Assembly: GCA_965228895.1 (NCBI GenBank)
Contig: OZ245842.1
Span: forward strand, 608,001-672,000
DNA length: 64,000 nucleotides
Direction: 5' to 3'
DNA from: Alphaproteobacteria bacterium
GTDB taxonomy: Bacteria; Pseudomonadota; Alphaproteobacteria; SP197
The notes below the pieces were generated by a model. The model saw only the letters and a program-made list of their open reading frames with translations, had not been told where the DNA came from and did not search any database. Positions 27,425-37,337 of the stretch are shown in pieces (the stretch's first letter is position 1; every line of letters starts with the position of its first letter). The position numbers and the translations under genes are program-made.

Positions 27425-29130
27425 GATGCATTCTCCAACCGGACATCGTCGTTGCGCCGCACGATGACCTTCGTCAGAACCTCGTCCTTGTAACCAAAAT
27501 TCTCGATATGGCCGTCGCGCAGCATGATCAACTGATCGACCGATGCGATGGCGCTCGGGCGATGGGCCATCACAATGACCGTCTTGCCCTGCTGCTTCAT
27601 GGCCGCGATGGCGTCGCTCAAAGCGTTGTCGCCTTCGGCGTCCAGGCTGGAATTGGGCTCGTCCAGCACGATCAGCGATGGTTTGCGATAGAGCGCGCGG
27701 GCCAAAGCGATGCGCTGACGTTGCCCGCCGGACAGACGCCGGCCGCCTTCGCCGATGACCGTGTCGTAGCCATCAGGCAAACGCAGGATCATCTCGTGTA
27801 CGTTGGCCAGCCGTGCTGCCTCGACGATGTCGTCGGGTGAGGCGTCCTCGTCGAACCTGGAGATGTTCTCCGCGATGGAGCCGTCAAACAGCTCGACCTC
27901 CTGGGGCAGGTAGCCGATGTAGCGACCGAGATCTTCCGGGTCGTAGTGGGAAAGCTCCGCGCCGTCGAGGCGTATGTTGCCGTCAAACGGCGGCCAAACG
28001 CCGACCAGAGCCCGCGCCAGACTGGATTTGCCGGCGCCGGTCGGTCCAATGACGCCAACCGCCGCACCGGGCTCCAGCGCAAAACTGATGCGTTTCAAGG
28101 ATGGCTCGGATGCACCGGGTGGCACCGCGACGAGCCCTTCGACCGACACCGCGCCGCGCGGCTCGGGCAGCCGCATGCGGTCGGTCTGCGGCGCTTGCCT
28201 GGCCATCAGTTTTTTCAAGCGGCCATAGGCATGGCGCGCCGAAACGAACGACCGCCAGTTGCCGATCGCTTGTTCAACCGGCTGCAAAGCGCGGGCCATG
28301 ATGATCGATGCCGCGATCATGACGCCAGGTGAGACGATCTGGTGAATGGCGAGGTAGGCGCCCGTGCCCAGAATGGCCAGTTGAGCGATCAGCCGAACGA
28401 ATTTGGAGATCGCGCCGAGTGTGCCGTTGCGGTCGCTGGCAATACCCTGGAAATAGAGCGACGCTTGATGGCGGGTCCGCCACAGACGCCGGAGCGCCGG
28501 CATCATGCCCATGGCCTGAATGACATCGGCGTTACGCAGGCTGGACTGGGCAAACAGCTCGGCTTCGGCCGCGTGTCGGTTGGCTTCCTCAAGCGGCGGG
28601 CGGGTGCGCAGCTCGCTGATCAGCGCCAGCGCGAAAAGCAAGAACGCACTTGCTAGCGCGACGAAGCCCAACAACGGATGAAACAGGAAGATGACGACGA
28701 CGTAGATCGGCACCCACGGCGCATCGAAAAGCGAGAACGGTGCTGTGGTCGCCATGAACTGACGAACGAAGATGAGATCGCGCAGCGCTTGGCCACGGTC
28801 GATGCGGGCTGCCGTCAGGCTTCGTTCAAAGGTCGCGGTGAAGACCGCATCGCTCAGATGTTCGTCAAGCCGTGCGCCGACACGCACCAGGATCCGGCTG
28901 CGGAACATCTCCAAAAGCCCCATGATGAAGATCAGACCGACCGCGAGGATCGTGAGGGCGGCCAGCGTCGATTCGCTGCCACTGGTCAGGACACGATCGA
29001 AGACCTGCAGCATGTAGAGCGGCGTCGCCAGCATCAGCAGGTTGATGAAAAGACTGAAAAAGCCAACGGCGTAGAAGGTCCGGCGCATGCTGCGCACGGC
29101 CAACTGAAGTTTGGTCGGTTCCTTCGTCAT
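27421..29130 (-). CDS. Type I secretion ABC permease/ATPase (PrtD/AprD-like)
   Basis: YMLQVFDRVL, FDAPW, GPTGAGKS, LSGGQRQR, LDEPNSSLD. Confidence 0.95.
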   Translation of the reverse strand: MTKEPTKLQLAVRSMRRTFYAVGFFSLFINLLMLATPLYMLQVFDRVLTSGSESTLAALTILAVGLIFIMGLLEMFRSRILVRVGARLDEHLSDAVFTATFERSLTAARIDRGQALRDLIFVRQFMATTAPFSLFDAPWVPIYVVVIFLFHPLLGFVALASAFLLFALALISELRTRPPLEEANRHAAEAELFAQSSLRNADVIQAMGMMPALRRLWRTRHQASLYFQGIASDRNGTLGAISKFVRLIAQLAILGTGAYLAIHQIVSPGVMIAASIIMARALQPVEQAIGNWRSFVSARHAYGRLKKLMARQAPQTDRMRLPEPRGAVSVEGLVAVPPGASEPSLKRISFALEPGAAVGVIGPTGAGKSSLARALVGVWPPFDGNIRLDGAELSHYDPEDLGRYIGYLPQEVELFDGSIAENISRFDEDASPDDIVEAARLANVHEMILRLPDGYDTVIGEGGRRLSGGQRQRIALARALYRKPSLIVLDEPNSSLDAEGDNALSDAIAAMKQQGKTVIVMAHRPSAIASVDQLIMLRDGHIENFGYKDEVLTKVIVRRNDDVRLENAS

Positions 29131-30006
29131 GGCTTAACCGCCTTCACCGGACGATCGACTCTGGCGCGCGGTCGTTCGGCCCGGCTGCTGTGACTCCGGG
29201 GTGCGGATGGGGATCTCACTCGTTCGGTGTTCGACACAGGCTGACAATCCTCTTGGCGTGCTGCCCCCGCGTCTGTTGCGCGGTTCTTAACGAAGGCGGC
29301 TATGTGTCCAGATGACGCGGCTATGCCGACGACCCGACGATGAAGCCACCGCCCACCGGAAACGCCATGAAGAAGCCACGGGCAGTCTTGGCGCTGCTGG
29401 TCATCTTCACGTTCCGGTGATCGCCACTTTACATCGCTACGATGAAACGATCTGGCCGCAATGGTCGTGATTTCGTGCGAAGAATAATTACTACTTTTGC
29501 CTATCGCCCATCCGCCGTCGGTTGATTGACCTATCCGATCGAAATTTCAATGCGTCACAATGACGACAGTACTGGTGTGTATCGATTGAGGATCCGACTG
29601 AAGATCTTGTTGTCGGCTGCTGTGACCTGACACCTGCGCGCTTGTCGAGATGGCGAATCATCCCCGCGTCGATGGCGACAAAGCGGCATGGAAGTGTCAA
29701 AGAAACTTGCGGAAATCCCCGCGTTTTTTGTCCCTACGCTGAAGGTGGGACGAATGGGGGAGAGCGCCAGACTGCCCAGGTGTTGGACATCCACTGCGCG
29801 AGTGGTGGTAGCCCTATGCACGACTGCTACCCTTTATAGTTCTGATCACGGGTCCGTGATCACCTAGACTGTTTCCGTGATCAGTTGGCTGGCCCGTACG
29901 AAAAAAGCGGCGCCTTACCTCGGCGATGGTCCGGGGGATATCATGGCGCTGCCTCCGCGTTCCTGCAGCCAACTAAACTGCTTGCGATTAACGTTAGAGG
30001 CCCGTC

Positions 30007-32859
30007 ATGTCTGTTAGGTTCACCGATTTCTGGGAAAACGACGGCGACGATACCGACCCGTTTCAGAAGCTCTTCGATAGCCTGGCAGGCGGACCTGAGG
30101 GAACTGGCGCCGACAGGGCGTTTCGACCTCTGACCGAGAACGCCGCGGCCCCATCCAATGTAGGCCGTCCGGATTCATCACCCCAACGGTCCGTTGAGAA
30201 TGACGGCCTCAAGGAGGATGACGCCGACCAAACGAGCGAGGTGTTCGCGAAGAACACTGACGATGAGGCCGACGACTCGGGCGCGCCCGGCGACCGGGGA
30301 AGTCCGCCGCAACGGTCGTTCCAATTGGAAGCTCCCGGGGAACCCAACAAGTCGTCTTCTGGCGAGACTGGTGGCAACGTAGAGACCGCGCCGAGCATCA
30401 TCGCGGCAACAACAGCGACCGCTCCGAACGCCGGGGGGATGGTTGGCGAGTACCGCTCGATCGACGGTAGTGGCAACAACCAGACCAACGTTTCATGGGG
30501 ATCTGCCGGCCAGGATTTCCTTCGTGTGGCCGCGGCGGACTACGCCGATGGGTTTTCGGCGCCTGCCGGTGACGACCGTCCGAGCGCACGCGAAATCAGC
30601 AACGCCGTGTTCAACGAACCCGAAGGGACCACCGACCCTTATCTCGTGAGCGATATGTTCTGGGCCTGGGGGCAGTTTCTGGACCACGACATCGATCTGG
30701 CGCGAGAAGGTGAGACACACGAGGCCTTCAATATCCAGGTGCCCACCGGGGACCCGTACTTCGATCCATACGGCACGGGGACACAGGAAATCAGCCTGAA
30801 CCGCTCCGGCTACAATGAAGACACGGGAACCGATTCGCCGCGTCAGCAGGTCAACGACATCACGGCGTTCGTGGATGCCTCGATGATCTACGGCTCCAAT
30901 GCGAGCCGAGAAGCGTTCCTGCGCGATGAGGGCGGCAAGCTCAAGGTCAGCGACGGCGACTACATGCCCTACAACGACGGCAGCCAGCCGAATGCGGGCG
31001 GCCCTGACACGTCTCTGTTTGTGGCCGGCGATGTGCGGGCCAACGAAACGACATCGTTGACGACGCTGCACACGTTATTTGTGCGTGAGCACAATCGTCT
31101 GGTCGACGAGCTTGCCGAACAGCATCCGGAATACACGGATGAGCAGCTCTACCAGGAAGCCAAGGCGATCGTCGAAGCGCAGATTCAGGTGATCACCTAT
31201 AACGAGTTCCTGCCCTTGCTGCTGGGTCCGGATGCTCTGGGTGACTACAGCGGCTATAACGCCAGTATCGATCCCGGGATTGCCAACATGTTTGCGACGG
31301 CTGCCTATCGGGTCGGCCACACCATGTTGTCGTCGGAGATCCAACGGCTGAACAGCGACGGCAGCGAGTCGGAATACGGCAACCTGCAACTGCGCGATGC
31401 TTTTTTCCGACCTGACCTGATCGTTAACGAGGGCGGCCTCGATCCCATTCTGCGCGGCCTGGCCGACGGCCAGGCGAACAAGATCGATGCCCAGGTTATC
31501 GATGATGTCCGCAACTTCCTGTTCGGTCCGCCGGGCGCCGGTGGTTTCGATCTGGTGTCCCTCAACATCCAGCGTGGCCGCGATCATGGTCTGGCGAGCT
31601 ACAACGATGCGCGCGAGGCCTATGGGCTGGAACGCGTCGACGACTTCGACGACATCACATCGGATGTTGAGCTACAGAACATCCTTCGAGACCTCTACGG
31701 TTCGGTTGACAACATTGACCCGTTCGTCGGCGGTCTGGTCGAAGACAGGGTCCCCGGCGCCATGGTTGGCGAGTTCTTCCTTGTTGTCCTGACCGACCAG
31801 TTCATGCGTCTGCGTGACGGCGACAGGTTCTGGTACGAGAACCGTTTCTCGGGCGACATGCTGGCGGCGCTTCAGGCCACCACCCTCGCCGACATCATCG
31901 AGCGCAACACCGATATCGATCATATCCAGGATCACATCTTCCTGGCTTACAACCGCATCGGCGGCAGCGACACCAATGACCGGCTGTATGGCGATGACGG
32001 TCGCGACCTCGTTATCGGCTATGACGGCAACGACATGCTGTTTGGCCGGGAGGGAGACGACCAGCTGTTCGGCGATGCCGGCAACGACAGGCTCTATGGT
32101 CAGGACGGCAACGACATACTGGAAGGTGGCGATGGCAGGGATCAGCTGTTCGGCGGCGATGGAGACGACCTGCTGAAGGGTGATGCCGGCAACGACACGA
32201 TCCATGGCAATGACGGCGACGACACGGCCTTTGGCGGTGCTGGCGATGACCGCATGTATGGTGGCGACGGCAACGATACGTTAATCGGCCAAAGCGGCGA
32301 TGACCAGGCGTATGGCGGTGACGGCGATGATACGATCATGGGCGGATCCGACGACGACAGGCTCTATGGCGGCCGAGGAAACGATGTTGTCATGGGCGAG
32401 AGTGGCGACGACGTTGTCTCCGGAGGGTCGGGCGACGACTTGGTCACCGGCGGTTCCGGTGACGATGACGTGCGTGGTGGCAGCGGCGATGACGACGTGC
32501 AAGGTGGATCCGGTGACGACAAGGTTTACGGCGATGGCGGTGACGACATCGTTCACGGGGGTACAGGCGACGATATGATGTATGGCGGTTCTGGTGCCGA
32601 TACCTTCGTCTTCAACGAAGGCGATGGCGCCGACATCATCATGGATTTCAGTCGCGGTTCGTCCAACGTCATCAAGGTGGATGCGGCCTTGGCATCCGAC
32701 TTCTCGGATCTGGACACCACACAGGACAACGTTCTCGATGAGAACGACGATGCTATCAGTGTCAGTCGTGGCCGCCTGACCATTGACTTCGGCGAGGGTG
32801 ACACCCTTACCGTCGTGGGCGTTCAGTCGCTGGCCGATGACGACATCACGTTCGGCTAG
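30007..32859 (+). CDS. Animal-type heme peroxidase (peroxidase-cyclooxygenase superfamily) with C-terminal RTX Ca-binding repeats
   Basis: YRSIDGSGNN, WGQFLDHD, TAFVDAS.IYG, GDVRANE, AYRVGH, LNIQRGRDHG, RDGDRFWYE; many GGxGDD nonapeptides after ~residue 650. Confidence 0.93.
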   Translation: MSVRFTDFWENDGDDTDPFQKLFDSLAGGPEGTGADRAFRPLTENAAAPSNVGRPDSSPQRSVENDGLKEDDADQTSEVFAKNTDDEADDSGAPGDRGSPPQRSFQLEAPGEPNKSSSGETGGNVETAPSIIAATTATAPNAGGMVGEYRSIDGSGNNQTNVSWGSAGQDFLRVAAADYADGFSAPAGDDRPSAREISNAVFNEPEGTTDPYLVSDMFWAWGQFLDHDIDLAREGETHEAFNIQVPTGDPYFDPYGTGTQEISLNRSGYNEDTGTDSPRQQVNDITAFVDASMIYGSNASREAFLRDEGGKLKVSDGDYMPYNDGSQPNAGGPDTSLFVAGDVRANETTSLTTLHTLFVREHNRLVDELAEQHPEYTDEQLYQEAKAIVEAQIQVITYNEFLPLLLGPDALGDYSGYNASIDPGIANMFATAAYRVGHTMLSSEIQRLNSDGSESEYGNLQLRDAFFRPDLIVNEGGLDPILRGLADGQANKIDAQVIDDVRNFLFGPPGAGGFDLVSLNIQRGRDHGLASYNDAREAYGLERVDDFDDITSDVELQNILRDLYGSVDNIDPFVGGLVEDRVPGAMVGEFFLVVLTDQFMRLRDGDRFWYENRFSGDMLAALQATTLADIIERNTDIDHIQDHIFLAYNRIGGSDTNDRLYGDDGRDLVIGYDGNDMLFGREGDDQLFGDAGNDRLYGQDGNDILEGGDGRDQLFGGDGDDLLKGDAGNDTIHGNDGDDTAFGGAGDDRMYGGDGNDTLIGQSGDDQAYGGDGDDTIMGGSDDDRLYGGRGNDVVMGESGDDVVSGGSGDDLVTGGSGDDDVRGGSGDDDVQGGSGDDKVYGDGGDDIVHGGTGDDMMYGGSGADTFVFNEGDGADIIMDFSRGSSNVIKVDAALASDFSDLDTTQDNVLDENDDAISVSRGRLTIDFGEGDTLTVVGVQSLADDDITFG
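31955..32640 (+). repeat. Tandem 27-bp RTX nonapeptide-coding repeats within the peroxidase gene
   Basis: Over 20 units of the form G(G/D)xG(D/N)DxLx. Confidence 0.85.
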
Positions 32860-33122
32860 CAGCGTCTGTCGTCAGAGCACGCGGGAGGGAGCTTAGCCCG
32901 CCAAGGAGCGTTGTTAGGCTGCTGTACATGAAGGTGAAGGGCCGCATGCTGCGCACGTCCGTGTGGCCGCGTCCTTCGCCAGCCATAAAAAGTGGACGCG
33001 CATACAACTGAAACAATTATGCGCGGCTGCTGACACCGAACTGAAATTTCGGATCACAATCTTTCCTACCGTAGGACAACTTTTCGTGCGCTCGCCGCAC
33101 TTTCTTACGGATGGAGATTGCC

Positions 33123-33914
33123 ATGACCCATTGTAAATCAGTCCTTATCGCTCTTGTTGCCGCCGCTGGACTTTCGCTCGGCAGTGTGTCGAGCGCTCAG
33201 GCGGTACAGAGTACGTCGGAGGAGATTCCCCTCATCGAATGGGACACGACACTGGTCACGTTCCAGTTCGACAACGACAAGTTCCTCGGTCAGCGTTTCA
33301 CCGCCAAGTGCAAGCCGGCCAATGTCGACGACATGGACGAGACCGTCTATGGCACCGATGTCTATCCCAGCAACAATTCGATCTGCGTCGCCGCCGTGCA
33401 CGCTGGTCTGGTTGACCGGGACGGCGGCGTTGTCACCGTTCAGCTCAATCCCGGCGCCGAAGAGTACGTTGGCAGCAGCCGTAACGGCATTGATACACAG
33501 AGCCTGCCTGGAACACAGCGCAGCATGGTCTTTGTGACCGGACCCGAGGCTGGCGCCATCGATCAGGTGCTGCTCGACAACGTGCAGAGGATCGACTGGG
33601 ACACCAAGTTTACCCGCACAGGCCTTGCCTATGAGCAGTTGATCGGTCAGCACTTCGTCTTCAGCTGCCCGGAAGCGCCGAGCAATCTCAACTCCCGTCG
33701 GGTTGTCGGCACGGACTCCTATGCCTTTGACAGCATGATCTGCCGCGCCGCGGTCCATGCCGGTGCCATCACCACCGACGGTGGGCTGGTGACCGTCCAG
33801 ATGGATTCGGGCAAGGAGCGGCTGGTCGGCAGCATCCGCAACGGCATCGAGACCAAGGACGGCCCCGGCGGCCACCGCACGCTCTCGTTTGTCGAAGCGA
33901 CGACACAGAACTAG
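33123..33914 (+). CDS. Exported protein with two LCCL domains
   Basis: Signal peptide ending AQA; two units VYGTDVY..NNSICVAAVHAG and VVGTDSY..DSMICRAAVHAG, each followed by GS.RNGI; GGAG RBS before ATG 33123. Confidence 0.85.
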   Translation: MTHCKSVLIALVAAAGLSLGSVSSAQAVQSTSEEIPLIEWDTTLVTFQFDNDKFLGQRFTAKCKPANVDDMDETVYGTDVYPSNNSICVAAVHAGLVDRDGGVVTVQLNPGAEEYVGSSRNGIDTQSLPGTQRSMVFVTGPEAGAIDQVLLDNVQRIDWDTKFTRTGLAYEQLIGQHFVFSCPEAPSNLNSRRVVGTDSYAFDSMICRAAVHAGAITTDGGLVTVQMDSGKERLVGSIRNGIETKDGPGGHRTLSFVEATTQN

Positions 33915-33929
33915 TGTCGGGCAGCCGCG

Positions 33930-33961
33930 AAAAGGGCCGGTTTCTCACCGGCCCTTTTTTT
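33930..33961 (+). terminator. Rho-independent terminator
   Basis: AAAAGGGCCGGT-TTCTC-ACCGGCCCTTTTTTT. Confidence 0.9.
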
Positions 33962-33965
33962 GCGT

Positions 33966-34105
33966 CTAGAGCGGATCGTGCTTAGGTGGAACCGGTTGAC
34001 GGTTCCACCTAAGCACGTGAATCCGCCCTTTATCGATGAGTAGAGCAGATTCACCCGTCTTGATGGCATCGCAAAGCGATTCCATCAAAACGGGATCTGC
34101 TCTAG
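33966..34105. repeat. ~140 bp bipartite palindromic intergenic element, copy 2 (inverted relative to copy 1)
   Basis: CTAGAGCGGATC...GATCTGCTCTAG terminal inverted repeats; reverse complement aligns with 439-578. Confidence 0.9.
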
Positions 34106-34197
34106 GCCGTGGCAAATTGCCAAGTTGACAGTGCCGTTGACGACTTTGCCGTTGTAGAGTGAAGCCCCGAACCGGCTTCACAGAGATGATACGGCAG

Positions 34198-34980
34198 ATG
34201 GCAGGACACAACCTACTGCATGGCAAGCGCGCGCTCGTTACGGGAGCGGGAAGTGGCATCGGGCGGGCGATCGTGCACGCGTTCGCGCGTGAAGGCGCGC
34301 AGATTGCCGTCAGCGACGTCGACTTGGATCGTGCAAAGGCCGTCGCCGGCGAGATCGGTTCGGCGGGATCGCCGTTTCGCCTTGATGTCACCGATGCCGC
34401 GGAGACCAGGTCGGTCGTCGAGGCGGCTGTCGAGCAACTTGGCGGCCTGGATCTGGTGGCCGCGAATGCCGGGATTTCGACCATGAACGCTGTGGTCGAC
34501 CTGACCGAGGAGGAATGGGATGCCAACATGGCGGTCAACGCCAAGGGCGTCTTCCTGACCAACCGCGAAGCCGTGCGCCAATTCCTGGCGACGGGCACCA
34601 AGGGTGTCATCGTCAACACCGCGTCGCTTGCCGCCAAGATCGGGGCACCGTTCCTGGCCCACTACGCAGCCAGCAAGTTTGCCGTTGTCGGCTTTACCCA
34701 GTCGCTGGCCAAGGAGGTCGGCGAACATGGCATCCGCGTGAACGCTGTGTGTCCGGGCTACGTGCGGACATCCATGCAAGAGCGGGAACTCGCCTGGGAA
34801 GGCAAGCTGCGCGGGATGACGCCGGAGGCGGTCTATGACGAATACATCGCGACGACACCGCTGGGCCGCATCGAGGAACCGGAGGATGTCGCCGAGATCG
34901 TGGTCTTCCTGGCCAGCGACCTCTCGGGCTTCCTGACCGGTGAAGCGATCAACGCCAGCGGTGGCGTGTTGATGGATTAG
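34198..34980 (+). CDS. SDR, polyol/sugar-alcohol dehydrogenase-like
   Basis: TGAGSGIG, ANAG, YAASK, CPGYVRT. Confidence 0.9.
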   Translation: MAGHNLLHGKRALVTGAGSGIGRAIVHAFAREGAQIAVSDVDLDRAKAVAGEIGSAGSPFRLDVTDAAETRSVVEAAVEQLGGLDLVAANAGISTMNAVVDLTEEEWDANMAVNAKGVFLTNREAVRQFLATGTKGVIVNTASLAAKIGAPFLAHYAASKFAVVGFTQSLAKEVGEHGIRVNAVCPGYVRTSMQERELAWEGKLRGMTPEAVYDEYIATTPLGRIEEPEDVAEIVVFLASDLSGFLTGEAINASGGVLMD

Positions 34981-35002
34981 TTCTCTTCTTTGGGGGATAT
35001 CG

Positions 35003-35812
35003 ATGGGTTGGTTGAAGGATCTGTTGGGCAGCGATAAGCCGGTCATTGCGATGGCGCATCTGCCGCCGCTGCCGGGCTCACCGCTGTATGATGCCAAGGG
35101 CGGCATGAACGCGATCGTCGATTATGTCTCGCGTGATATCGAGGCGCTGCAGGCCGGCGGCGTCGATTGCATCATGTTCGGCAACGAGGGCGATCGTCCT
35201 TATCTTCTGAAGGCCACACCGGAGAGCCTGGCAGCAATGACCTCGGCGGTCGCGGCGGTGAAGAACCAGATAATGGTGCCGTTCGGCGTCAACTATCTGT
35301 GGGATCCCGTCGCCACGGTGGCCCTGGCGGTCGCGACCGGTGCCGTGTTCGCACGCGAGATCTTCACCGGTGTCTATGATTCCGACATGGGCCTGTGGGC
35401 GCCCGATGCGGCAAGCGCCCTGCGTTTACGTCACGACCTCGGGCGCGACGACCTTAAGCTGCTGTTCAACATCAATGCCGAGTTTGCTGCGCCGGTCGGC
35501 GACCGGCCGATCGAAGCGCGCGCCAAGAGTGCCGTTTTCTCGTCACTCGCCGATGCGGTTTTGGTGTCCGGCCCCATGACCGGCCAGCCGGTTGATCAGT
35601 CTAACCTGCAGCGGGTCAAGGAAGCCGTCGGCGACACACCGGTCTTCGCCAACACCGGCTGCAACATCGACAACATCGCCGACATCCTGTCGACAGCCGA
35701 CGGATGCGTGATCGGGACCCATTTCAAGGTCGATGGCGACACCTGGAATCCTGTCGATTCCGACCGGGTGCGGCGTTTCATGGAGGTCGTGGCGAAGGTC
35801 CGCAACCCGTGA
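35003..35812 (+). CDS. BtpA/SgcQ family TIM-barrel protein
   Basis: MAHLPPLPGSP, NEGDRPY, PFGVN, VSGPMTG, NTG, GTHFKVDG. Confidence 0.9.
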   Translation: MGWLKDLLGSDKPVIAMAHLPPLPGSPLYDAKGGMNAIVDYVSRDIEALQAGGVDCIMFGNEGDRPYLLKATPESLAAMTSAVAAVKNQIMVPFGVNYLWDPVATVALAVATGAVFAREIFTGVYDSDMGLWAPDAASALRLRHDLGRDDLKLLFNINAEFAAPVGDRPIEARAKSAVFSSLADAVLVSGPMTGQPVDQSNLQRVKEAVGDTPVFANTGCNIDNIADILSTADGCVIGTHFKVDGDTWNPVDSDRVRRFMEVVAKVRNP

Positions 35813-37332
35813 GCCTGTTGCTCGGGCTGGATATCGGGACGACATCGACCATCGGTATTTTCATCGACACCGATGGCGTCGTCGTCGCGACGGCATCGCG
35901 TCCGAGCGAGCTGATTTCCAAGCACGCCAATTGGGCTGAGGAAGATCCTGCGCTCTGGTGGTCGAACGTCTGCGCCATCGTGCCCGAGCTCCTGGCGGCA
36001 ACGGGCGCTAAAGCTGATCAGATTGCCGCCGTCGGCGTCACCGGCATGGTGCCGACCGTGATCTTGCTGGATGAGGAGAATGAGCCGCTGCGCTACTCGA
36101 TCCAGCAGAACGATGCGCGCGCGATTGACGAAATCGACGCAATGAAAACCGCGATCGATCCCGACGACTACTTTGCGCGGACCGGCGGCAGCATCAACCA
36201 ACAGCTTGTCGCGCCGAAGCTGCGCTGGTTGGAACATCACGAACCCGACCACATGGCTCGGGCAAAAACGGTGTTGGGTTCCTATGACTACATCACCGCG
36301 CGCCTGACCGGCTCCCTTTCGGTCGAGCAGAATTGGGCGCTGGAAGCGGGGTTCCTGGATCTTGGTGGCGGCCGTCTTGATGACAGGTTGATTAACCTTG
36401 GCGGCATCACGCCAGACCACCTGCCGCCACTGCGCGCCTCCCACGATGTCGTCGGTGAGGTGACGGGGGACGCCGCGGCGCAAACCGGCTTGGCCGCCGG
36501 GACGCCAGTTGTGGCCGGGTGCGCCGATCATATCGCGTCGGCGTTTGTTGCCGGCGCATCGCGGGACGGCGATCTCGTGGTTAAGTATGGGGGCGCCGGC
36601 GATATCATGCTGTCGACAAGCCGCGCGGTCACCGATCCCCGCATGTTTATCGACTACCACATCGTGCCCGGCCTTTTTTTCACCAACGGCTGTATGGCTG
36701 CCAGCGGCAGCGTGCTGAACTGGATCGCTGCCCATCTCGCCAAGGCCGAGGCGGACGAGGCGCGGGCGGCCGGCCAGTCCGTGCACGCTTATCTGGACGA
36801 CCAGGCGCAAGCGCTGCCGCCCGGCGCCGGTGGTATTGTTTTGCTGCCCTATTTCCTGGGCGAAAAGACGCCGCTGCACGACCCCCACGCGCGCGGCACC
36901 CTGGTCGGCCTCGGCCTGCACCACGGGTTGCCCAATATCTGGCGATCCGCGCTCGAATCCGTCGCCTTCGGTTTTCGTCACCATACCGAGGTGTTTGCCG
37001 AGATGGGGCAGGATGTCGGGCGGGTTCTCGCCTGCGATGGCGGCGCGGCGAGCGATCTGTGGGTGCAGATCACGGCCGATGTTTTGGATAAACCGATCGA
37101 GCGCCTGCTGTCACACCCCGGTTCCAGTCTGGGCGCGGCCTTTGTCGCGGGCATGGGTGTAGGCGCACTCGACGATTGGGCGGCAATCACCGCCTATGTC
37201 GAGCCGGACCGGACTTTCGAGCCCGACGCCCGCAACGTTGAGATCTATCGCGATGCCTACGGTCTCTATCGCGAGACCTACGAACGGCTCAAGACGCTCT
37301 ATCCGCAGATCGGTGGTTTGCCCGCAGGCTGA
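35809..37332 (+). CDS. FGGY-family carbohydrate kinase (xylulokinase-like)
   Basis: LGLDIGTTS, QNDAR, AGCAD, LPYFLGEKTP, DGGA.S.LW.QI.ADV; GTGA overlap. Confidence 0.92.
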   Translation: MSLLLGLDIGTTSTIGIFIDTDGVVVATASRPSELISKHANWAEEDPALWWSNVCAIVPELLAATGAKADQIAAVGVTGMVPTVILLDEENEPLRYSIQQNDARAIDEIDAMKTAIDPDDYFARTGGSINQQLVAPKLRWLEHHEPDHMARAKTVLGSYDYITARLTGSLSVEQNWALEAGFLDLGGGRLDDRLINLGGITPDHLPPLRASHDVVGEVTGDAAAQTGLAAGTPVVAGCADHIASAFVAGASRDGDLVVKYGGAGDIMLSTSRAVTDPRMFIDYHIVPGLFFTNGCMAASGSVLNWIAAHLAKAEADEARAAGQSVHAYLDDQAQALPPGAGGIVLLPYFLGEKTPLHDPHARGTLVGLGLHHGLPNIWRSALESVAFGFRHHTEVFAEMGQDVGRVLACDGGAASDLWVQITADVLDKPIERLLSHPGSSLGAAFVAGMGVGALDDWAAITAYVEPDRTFEPDARNVEIYRDAYGLYRETYERLKTLYPQIGGLPAG

Positions 37333-37337
37333 ACCGG

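Noticed and set aside
29127-30006. Possible small genes or sRNA in the 0.9-kb spacer; one minus frame ends in an ATGA overlap with prtD
   Set aside because: No convincing start/RBS or protein-like composition, and no recognisable RNA motif. Treated as a divergent regulatory region.
31955-32640. Tandem repeats as a CRISPR array
   Set aside because: Degenerate 27-bp in-frame RTX units without unique spacers, and no cas genes.
439-34105. Composite transposon or genomic island bounded by the two repeats
   Set aside because: No transposase, integrase, tRNA or flanking direct repeat was seen, and the copies have diverged. Dispersed repeats explain it more simply.
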